A DNA stretch of 40,712 nt from a virus (Duplodnaviria; Caudoviricetes), in IMG/VR virus record IMGVR_UViG_3300045285_000049, positions 1-40,712 of that record; one strand, written 5' to 3'. Position numbers and translations under genes: made by a program. Position 1 is the first letter of the stretch, and each line of letters begins with the position of its first letter. Below are positions 34,040 to 40,712 of the stretch, piece by piece. Below the pieces are notes generated by a model. That model did no database searches and was not told where the DNA came from. It was given only the letters and a program-made list of their open reading frames with translations.

Positions 34040-34462
34040 ATGTCAGGCGGTGGTGGCACAGTAACCCCAGCGGATCTTGGTGGGCATGCTTCCTTACAGG
34101 ATATCGACCCAAATCTTGTGGCCCTTTCGCTCCCGCAAGGCGCGACACTGCCTGACAGCCTGCCAATCGGCCAGGCGCCATACAGCTCAGGCCCCGGTAC
34201 GGACTGGGGCAAGGTTGCCGCCGGGCTTAAGGACGCTGCCAAGACCTTGCAGGACGATCAGAAGCAGCAGCAGCAGGCAAATGCGCCAGCGGTTGTCGGG
34301 CAGTCGCAATCCGGCGGCATCGGACGGCCCACCACGCAGGTGTCACTCGATGCGCTGGTGCGGATGCTGGCCGAGCGGCGCAACCAGTATTTCACCAACG
34401 CCATGAGCGGCCACGCCGCGCCGGTGCAGCAGAGCAATACGCGCGGGTTATTGGGGTTCTGA
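34040..34462 (+). CDS. Putative ejection protein
   Basis: AGGAG RBS; ends GLLGF. Confidence 0.6.
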   Translation: MSGGGGTVTPADLGGHASLQDIDPNLVALSLPQGATLPDSLPIGQAPYSSGPGTDWGKVAAGLKDAAKTLQDDQKQQQQANAPAVVGQSQSGGIGRPTTQVSLDALVRMLAERRNQYFTNAMSGHAAPVQQSNTRGLLGF

Positions 34463-34465
34463 TCA

Positions 34466-36880
34466 ATGGCGGATGACACCACCGCTCCGGCACCGGTACC
34501 AACACCGTCGCCAGATGTGCTGTCGCAACTCGCGCCGTATCTGGCGCTGTTGCAGCAGGGCCAGGCGCAGCCGACCCGCGACATGACGCCGGTAGAGCAG
34601 GACTGGCGATCGAAACTCGGCGAGGCGTTGGGCGGCCCGGTGATGATGCCGAATATGACGCCGGCCGAGCGGCAGGCGTCGGGTTTGATGGCGCTGCGGC
34701 ATTTCGGTCTGGGGATGCTGGGTGCCACCGGTCATGGGGGCACCACCATCGGTGGGCTGCTGTCGGGCGCATTCGAGGGTGCGGAACGTGGCGCGCTCGG
34801 CGCGCAACAGTTCGATGCGTCCACGCTCGCGGCGCAGCAGGAGTATCAGCAGAAGCAGCAGGAGTTGCGGATTTCCGCGATTAAGGAGGCGCTGCCGCTG
34901 CTGTCGCTGCAACAGAGCCAGCAGCGTCTCGGTGCCCTGGGTAATCTTCCGTCATCGCTTGGCGGCCAGACAACGACCACCGGCACCAACATCGCTACGG
35001 GCGGCAGCATCGGCGCCGCTGTACCCCGAGATCCGTCGATTCCCACTATCGGCCAGCAGGGTAACAATCCCGGCAATATCAGCGCGGGCGTCCCCGGCAG
35101 CACCGGCTACATCACGGCTGCGGACGGCCAGAAAGTTGGGGTGTTCCCTGACTTGCCGTCCGGCATTGCAGCGCACAGCGATACCCTATCGGGCTATGCC
35201 GCCAAGGGCATCAACACGGTGACCGACGCGGTGAAAGCCTGGGTCGGGCCGAATGCCGATCCGGCTGTCATCAAGGGTTATGCCGCTGACGTGGCCAAGC
35301 GGATCGGCGTCGATCCAAATGCCAGGGTCGATCTGACGGACCCAACGGTGCAGCGCAACTTTATCCTAGCCCAGCAGCCGCACGAGAGCGGCAAGGCGTG
35401 GCTCAAGCCGGAGGACGTAGACAAGGGCCTAGCCATAGCCGCAGCGCGTCGTGGAGGCGGCACACAGGCCGCTACGCCACCAGCAGCACCGGCGCAGCAG
35501 ACGCCGCCTGCGCCCGCTCCCAGGGCGCCTATAGGCACGCCAGCCGATGCACTGCCGGCCGGTGGCGCGACCGTGGCGGGACCAGCGGGTGCCGCTACCG
35601 TCGGCGCACCTAAGCCACCAGGACCGGCGGTGCCGGGCGACGTGAATGCCATCATCACCGGCATGACCGGGGCCGGGGCCAATGCCGGGACGCTGGCACC
35701 AGGTGGGGCCGTATCAGCGCCGCAAGCGCCCGCTCAGGTGGCGACAACCGCGCCCGTGGTGCCCGCAGCAGATCAGACGCAGTCACCGCCGGCCGCGCCA
35801 GGCGGGCCGCCTGCGTTCAATTACGTCCCGCGCCAACCGCCGCCTGGCACGATCCAGGGTGGCGCTCTGACGCCTGATGAGCAGCGCGTGGTGCAGGACG
35901 CCCGTAACTCCTATGGCGTGGCAATCCGTGCCGCCGCGCTGATCCCCGATGCTGCCAAGGCTGCCGAGGCGCGTGCGCAGGCTGAGGCGACGCTACAGGC
36001 GACGCTGGACAAGGAACTGACGGCGCGCACCGGGCGGACGGACGCCGGCGCCAAGCAACTCACCGACTGGTACAAAGAGGACTTCACCCAGCAGCGGGAC
36101 GTGCATAAGGCTGCCGTCGATGCGTTCTACAAGAACCAGGACACGCAGCAGCAACTAGAAAACCAACTGAAGCTGAAAGCTGCGGAAGGCGAGCAGGCCC
36201 GTCTCACCAACAAAGACCAGGCTGTCAACGCCGCCAATCAGAACGGCCTGATTGCGGCGCAGAAAGAGCAGTCCGAGTCACGCGACAAGGTGGCCGCATT
36301 GGACGGGTTCCGGGCAATCGCCGACGGGGTCGGACAGCCGGGATGGTTGCAGACCACGAAGATGCCCGGCAGCGATAAGACTATAGCGGAGCAATTGGGC
36401 CAACTCGGGATGCCATTGAGCGATACCGGGGGCGTGCAGTTGTTGCACGGCGCCATGACCAATCTCACCAGGGAACTGCGCACAGGTTTGGCGATGGGGA
36501 CGCTATCAGACCGCGATCTTGATTTCGTCGCGCGGTTGGGTCCGACAGATTGGATGGACCCTGACACACGCGCTGCGGCGGTTGGTTATCTGCAGCAGGC
36601 GTATCGCGCGAAGATGCGGTTTGCTTCCGATTTGCAGAAGGAAATGAGCCGCGGCAAGAATTACGGCGACGCCTTCGATGCGGCCGATGCCAAACAGAAG
36701 CCATTCGTGCCAAGTGCCCCGGCTGATCTGACGGCGAATTGGAATGACAATAGCGACGCGTGGGTTAAGGCTCGCACCAAGTGGGCACAGGAGAACGACG
36801 TGCGGCCTGGCACGCTGTTCCATCTCAGCGACGGGTCTATCCATGTGATGAAATCACCTAAGCGACAGGGGCAACCCTGA
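34466..36880 (+). CDS. Internal virion/ejection protein with putative lysozyme-like domain
   Basis: NNPGNI...VFPDLPSGIAA...GINTV...W...Y...VAKRIGV...HESG resembles virion muramidase-like domains. Confidence 0.7.
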   Translation: MADDTTAPAPVPTPSPDVLSQLAPYLALLQQGQAQPTRDMTPVEQDWRSKLGEALGGPVMMPNMTPAERQASGLMALRHFGLGMLGATGHGGTTIGGLLSGAFEGAERGALGAQQFDASTLAAQQEYQQKQQELRISAIKEALPLLSLQQSQQRLGALGNLPSSLGGQTTTTGTNIATGGSIGAAVPRDPSIPTIGQQGNNPGNISAGVPGSTGYITAADGQKVGVFPDLPSGIAAHSDTLSGYAAKGINTVTDAVKAWVGPNADPAVIKGYAADVAKRIGVDPNARVDLTDPTVQRNFILAQQPHESGKAWLKPEDVDKGLAIAAARRGGGTQAATPPAAPAQQTPPAPAPRAPIGTPADALPAGGATVAGPAGAATVGAPKPPGPAVPGDVNAIITGMTGAGANAGTLAPGGAVSAPQAPAQVATTAPVVPAADQTQSPPAAPGGPPAFNYVPRQPPPGTIQGGALTPDEQRVVQDARNSYGVAIRAAALIPDAAKAAEARAQAEATLQATLDKELTARTGRTDAGAKQLTDWYKEDFTQQRDVHKAAVDAFYKNQDTQQQLENQLKLKAAEGEQARLTNKDQAVNAANQNGLIAAQKEQSESRDKVAALDGFRAIADGVGQPGWLQTTKMPGSDKTIAEQLGQLGMPLSDTGGVQLLHGAMTNLTRELRTGLAMGTLSDRDLDFVARLGPTDWMDPDTRAAAVGYLQQAYRAKMRFASDLQKEMSRGKNYGDAFDAADAKQKPFVPSAPADLTANWNDNSDAWVKARTKWAQENDVRPGTLFHLSDGSIHVMKSPKRQGQP

Positions 36881-38385
36881 TGGCAGACGAAGCGCTTGAT
36901 CCGGCAGCCAGTTCAGTGATGGTGGCGCCCGGCGGTCCTAGCGGTGCCACCGACCCTGGTGCCGGTTACTCTGATCCCGGCGGCTCCCCGCCCTACCCGG
37001 AGATGACGCCGCAGCCACCATCTCCCCTTAAGAACAGCTACCATGTGGTGCCGTCCGATACCCGGAGCGGTATTTGGGACGAGATAAAGAATGCCGCCGG
37101 CCGCGTCGGCACGGAGGCGAGCGACGCTTATCAGAACACACCGGCATTGCTGACGGCACCGGCGCGCGATGCCCTGCGGAACTCAGGCTGGCTCGGCAAG
37201 GCGGCGGCATTTGGCGGCGATGTGGGGAGCACAGCGCTGGCGGATTTCTCTGCTCTAGGTGCTGGCACGACCGCTGCGCTCTCCGAGATCCTCAGCGGCG
37301 GCGATCCGCAGAAGGCCAGGGATATCCACGCTGGATTGACAATTGCCCCCGTGCTGCAGTCCGGCGCGCCGCCGTTCGCCGGTCCCAATCTGGGCGGGCG
37401 CGAGCCGTACACGGGCGGGGAGCCACTGCAGGCCAAGCGGATCAATACGCCGGAAGGCGGGATGGAGTTCTACAAGCCGCAGATCAAGATGGCCGAGCAG
37501 TCGGATTTCCGCCTGGCACCGAAATTCACCAACGACTGGCTGGCAAGCCTTGAGGATCACACCACGACCTCGCCCGCGGGCAAGGCGGTCAACCCGGAAG
37601 CCCCGCCGGTCGCCAAGCTGATCGGGGATCTGCGCAATGCGGCCAGTGCGCCGCTGGACAACATCAAGAGCATCCAGGAGGTCGATCAAAGGATACAACG
37701 CGCCATATCGGAGCAGTCCGGTTCTGGTGGTGATCCGAACCAGGTGCGGCAGATGCGTGGCATCCTGCAGGACTTCCGGGACCGCTACGGCAATGTGCCG
37801 CCGGACCAATACACCGGCAGCCCGCAGGGTGTTGCGGCCTTTCAGGACTCGCTCAAGAGCTACGCCGCTGTATCGAGACTACGCGAAGTGCAGGGCCTCA
37901 TTGATAGCACGGAGGGCAACCCCAACCGCTCGACGTTGCTTGCCTCTCGGGTCAACGCCTTCCTCAACGACTCGCGCAATACCAAGGGCTGGAACGATAA
38001 TGAAATCGCCAGCATGCGTCAGGCGGCCAATTCCGGCTTCATGCAGGAATGGATGCGCGCTCAGGGCAGCCGCCTAGTGGGTATTGGCTCTGCTGTTGTC
38101 GGTGGCCCAGCGGGTATGGTTGCAGGCGTGCCGATGCAGGTTGGCCTGTCCTATGCGCTGCGCAACGCCATGGAGGATATGCGGCTCAACAAGGTGCGGG
38201 AGGCCATGGGCGTCCTGGGCCAGCGTGTGCAGCAGCCGGGAACGGTGCCGGCACCACCACCGCCATTCAGACCACCGCCATCGGCTGTCACGGCCGCCCG
38301 CTATGCACCGCTGGTGGGGCTGCTGGGGCAGACGGCGGATCAACCTCGCGACGGTCGCATCTTTCCGCCTATCGGCGGTCAGTAA
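36880..38385 (+). CDS. Internal virion/ejection protein
   Basis: Coupled to the previous gene; helical; position. Confidence 0.65.
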   Translation: MADEALDPAASSVMVAPGGPSGATDPGAGYSDPGGSPPYPEMTPQPPSPLKNSYHVVPSDTRSGIWDEIKNAAGRVGTEASDAYQNTPALLTAPARDALRNSGWLGKAAAFGGDVGSTALADFSALGAGTTAALSEILSGGDPQKARDIHAGLTIAPVLQSGAPPFAGPNLGGREPYTGGEPLQAKRINTPEGGMEFYKPQIKMAEQSDFRLAPKFTNDWLASLEDHTTTSPAGKAVNPEAPPVAKLIGDLRNAASAPLDNIKSIQEVDQRIQRAISEQSGSGGDPNQVRQMRGILQDFRDRYGNVPPDQYTGSPQGVAAFQDSLKSYAAVSRLREVQGLIDSTEGNPNRSTLLASRVNAFLNDSRNTKGWNDNEIASMRQAANSGFMQEWMRAQGSRLVGIGSAVVGGPAGMVAGVPMQVGLSYALRNAMEDMRLNKVREAMGVLGQRVQQPGTVPAPPPPFRPPPSAVTAARYAPLVGLLGQTADQPRDGRIFPPIGGQ

Positions 38386-38468
38386 CCGAGCTTTTCCATG
38401 ATGGCACCGGTCAGGCTGGCCAGCCCCCAAACGATTAGGGGGGCGAGTGCGCAAAAAAGGATGATCAT
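38379..38468 (-). CDS. 29-aa hydrophobic peptide (not in ORF track)
   Basis: MIILFCALAPLIVWGLASLTGAIMEKLGY with GGAG RBS. Confidence 0.5.
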   Translation of the reverse strand: MIILFCALAPLIVWGLASLTGAIMEKLGY

Positions 38469-38486
38469 CTAGTCAGTCTCCAATGC

Positions 38487-38512
38487 GGGGCGCCAGCGTG
38501 AACCGGCGCCCC
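38487..38512. other. GC-rich hairpin between the two peptide genes
   Basis: GGGGCGCC (38487-38494) pairs with GGCGCCCC (38505-38512); no U tract. Confidence 0.6.
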
Positions 38513-38518
38513 TTGGGG

Positions 38519-38644
38519 TTAATAGCAGGTGCGGGTGCAGGTGTTGCCGTAACAGGTCGTCGTGCAACTCGTGTAGGCGTGGGCGGTGGCCGCGATCGTC
38601 GCGGTGCCCATCAGGAGTGCGGCCAGGAGTGCGAGGGTCTTCAT
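38519..38644 (-). CDS. 41-aa secreted four-cysteine peptide (not in ORF track)
   Basis: MKTLALLAALLMGTATIAATAHA-YTSCTTTCYGNTCTRTCY; AAGGA RBS. Confidence 0.75.
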   Translation of the reverse strand: MKTLALLAALLMGTATIAATAHAYTSCTTTCYGNTCTRTCY

Positions 38645-38763
38645 GTCGAGGTTCCTTCTCGGTTGTGCCCAGGATTAGTCAGCGCGGGGACGGGCGGGCC
38701 GTCGCGCTGGTTCGTGGATGGCTGCTAGTCTGGGTGCAGCCGCGGTCGAGGTTCCTTCTCGGT
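38645..38763 (+). repeat. 19-bp direct repeat GTCGAGGTTCCTTCTCGGT, 100 bp apart
   Basis: Copies at 38645-38663 and 38745-38763. Confidence 0.9.
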
Positions 38764-38809
38764 GGCGGTTAGAGGGCGGCGCCTCAGCCCTGGGGCGTCG
38801 TCCTCGCTT
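38738..38809 (+). ncRNA. Two-hairpin element, copy C
   Basis: AGCC-stem-GGTTAG-long hairpin-CGCTT. Confidence 0.55.
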
Positions 38810-38811
38810 AG

Positions 38812-39000
38812 TCAGTGAATGACATGCGCCACGGCCAGGATGATGCCGGCCATGGCAGCAACGCCGGTTAGGATGCCGGCCAGCGCGATCCATGGCGCCC
38901 ACCACATCTCCTGACGCAAGCGGGCCATGTCCAGGTTGGTTTTGTCTATCTGCGCCATCAGCAATTTATCCTCTAACGCCTGTCGCTCGTCATCGGTCAC
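38812..39000 (-). CDS. Small protein with C-terminal TM helix
   Basis: VTDDERQALEDK...WWAPWIALAGILTGVAAMAGIILAVAHVIH. Confidence 0.65.
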   Translation of the reverse strand: MTDDERQALEDKLLMAQIDKTNLDMARLRQEMWWAPWIALAGILTGVAAMAGIILAVAHVIH

Positions 39001-39148
39001 GCGGCGCACCGTGGCGTCGTAGCCACTCGGCAAGCGCTTTGCGCACAATGTACGACAGCGGCCGATCTACCTTAGCCGCCGCATGCTCAAGCTGAACGCG
39101 CAGCTCCGGCGGTAGCCGGATGGTGATTGTCGGAGCGAGTGCTTCCAT
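38990..39148 (-). CDS. Ribbon-helix-helix (CopG/Arc/Mnt-like) regulator
   Basis: TITIRLPPELRVQLEHAAAKVDRPLSYIVRKALAEWL. Confidence 0.85.
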   Translation of the reverse strand: MEALAPTITIRLPPELRVQLEHAAAKVDRPLSYIVRKALAEWLRRHGAPRDR

Positions 39149-39184
39149 GTCCGACCATGTAAGACATCCAGCGTGAGATTGCAA
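39147..39184 (-). promoter_or_regulatory. Putative promoter and operator of the RHH operon
   Basis: TTGCAA-17-TACATG; inverted ATGTC (39147-39151) / GACAT (39163-39167). Confidence 0.5.
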
Positions 39185-39195
39185 GGAGATTCACA

Positions 39196-40712
39196 GTGCC
39201 TGATCCCATCACCAACGAGATCACGCTGACTGTCACGGCCAACTTGCCCGGCTACGAGCCGCTGGATGTTTCAGCCACCGTCACGCTCACGCCACTTGCG
39301 CCAGAGCCACCAGAACCAACACCACCACCGGACGACGACACGGCGCCGCTGTGCGTACGGATCGACTACGGCGGCGCGTCCTACATCTACGACGAGGTGC
39401 TGGGCGTGGACCTCGGCGACTACCACGAGCCAGGCGGCGCATTCGTCCAGCGCTGCGTGCTCTGCACACTGCCCGACCTGGCAGGCTTCCGCGTGCTCTT
39501 CCGCCGTGACCGCGGCGCCGTGCAGCGGGATGAGGTGGTGTTTGAACTCGGCGGCCTGTGGGACACGGTGCCGGCCAATATGGACGCCTACACCGCGACC
39601 ATCATGCGTGGCCCAAGCACGCTCGCCGTGGTGCAGGCACCGGCGCACTACTGGAACGCCCGCTGGCGTTGGCATAGCGCGCCGCGGCCGATCATCTATC
39701 CCGCCGCCAATTATGCAGGGTATATGCTGCCGAACTACTCCGAGAGCCTGTTCGGCCCGGCAATTCCGCTGTCCAATCCGCGCACATATGACGGGCCGAT
39801 GAGTCTTGCTGGTCTCACGGCCTACATCCCCTCGACCGGCGAGCGCGATGAAATCGGCCTGTTCACCGAGGCGCAGGCTGAGTTCCTATGCCAGGGGACT
39901 GATGTGTCATGGTCCTCGGTGCTGGCGCAGCTTGAGGCCAGCGGGACGTTGACCTGGCACTTTCGCGATGACCGCACCAATGCCCCGCTGGATTGGACGC
40001 AATACCCGAATGCCACGATGTACGGCACCGGTGGCGGCGATCCGCAGATTGAGAATCCGGCGTCGCCGATAACCCTGGACCCAGCCCACGAACCGGCGCT
40101 TGCTTATCTGCCGTTCCTGCTGACTGGCGATCCGTATGCACTGGAGGAAATGCAATTCGCTGCCGTCTATGACGTGGTGTGCCTATCACCAGGTGCGCGG
40201 GCCAATTTCAGCTTAGGCAACGCCATTCGCGCCGTCGCCTGGACACTGCGCGGGCTGGCGCGGGCCGCGACTGTGACGCCGGACACCGTGCCGTCGTGGC
40301 TGCTGCCGCGCGCCTTGTTCAAGAGACGGCTGGACGATCAGCAGAAATGGTTTTTGGACCGCTACGTGTCATCTGACGTGCCGCCGTTCTGCAATCTGAA
40401 CCTGATGTCCGATGCCAAGGGCGCGCCGGTCTCGCCGCCGATTCCGGCGGACAGCTACGTCAGTGTGTGGATGGAGGACTTTCTGACAGCCACGCTCGGC
40501 CACGTCGTGCAACTCGGCCACGAGGATTGGCGGCTGATCCTGGAGTGGAAGTCGCTCGATGTGATGTCCCGCACCAATGGCACCTCGGGCTGGGTGCGTG
40601 CGGTGCCGACGCTCTACACGCTCGTGGTCAAGGCGGCGTCTGATGCGCCGTACGCCGACCACTGGGGTGTTGCCTGGGATCTCAACGAGCATTTCCAGCC
40701 GTCGGCTGTGGA
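39196..40712 (+). CDS. Large protein (572 aa including wrap), possible carbohydrate-active alpha/alpha-barrel; absent from ORF track
   Basis: AAGGAG RBS, GTG start, frame open to the end of the window; DPAHEPALAYLPFLLTGDPYALEEMQF motif. Confidence 0.8.
   Translation, partial: MPDPITNEITLTVTANLPGYEPLDVSATVTLTPLAPEPPEPTPPPDDDTAPLCVRIDYGGASYIYDEVLGVDLGDYHEPGGAFVQRCVLCTLPDLAGFRVLFRRDRGAVQRDEVVFELGGLWDTVPANMDAYTATIMRGPSTLAVVQAPAHYWNARWRWHSAPRPIIYPAANYAGYMLPNYSESLFGPAIPLSNPRTYDGPMSLAGLTAYIPSTGERDEIGLFTEAQAEFLCQGTDVSWSSVLAQLEASGTLTWHFRDDRTNAPLDWTQYPNATMYGTGGGDPQIENPASPITLDPAHEPALAYLPFLLTGDPYALEEMQFAAVYDVVCLSPGARANFSLGNAIRAVAWTLRGLARAATVTPDTVPSWLLPRALFKRRLDDQQKWFLDRYVSSDVPPFCNLNLMSDAKGAPVSPPIPADSYVSVWMEDFLTATLGHVVQLGHEDWRLILEWKSLDVMSRTNGTSGWVRAVPTLYTLVVKAASDAPYADHWGVAWDLNEHFQPSAV

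Noticed and set aside
39266-40692. ORF-track calls in the last 1.5 kb
   Set aside because: Alternative frames overlapping the real gene from 39196, which the track missed because its stop lies past the junction.

Overview
The window looks like an essentially complete, circular or circularly permuted ~40.7 kb tailed dsDNA phage genome with high GC. The last ORF (from 39196) runs in frame across the end into positions 1-202. The host is probably alphaproteobacterial (inference from gene families). Layout is lambdoid/P22-like: a leftward early arm (small ORFs, SLOG, ERF recombinase, Gp157), a divergent cI/cro switch, rightward nuclease and replication genes (VRR-NUC, antirepressor-like, DnaA-C-terminal-domain protein, initiator with internal iterons), a NusG-family antiterminator, terminases, portal, scaffold, capsid, podovirus-type adaptor/nozzle, several fibres and ejection proteins, a leftward accessory cassette, and a final 572-aa protein. 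I recognise no integrase and no endolysin. Best leads: (1) a ~72-nt two-hairpin element present three times, each antisense to the translation start region of a counter-oriented gene; (2) a leftward cassette encoding an RHH regulator, membrane peptides and a 41-aa secreted four-cysteine peptide missed by the ORF track; (3) a HiPIP-like Fe-S domain fused to a virion spike protein; (4) a structured RNA leader occluding the capsid RBS; (5) acr-aca-like operons; (6) repeat-bounded small-gene cassettes. All family assignments come from motif recognition by eye, not database searches.
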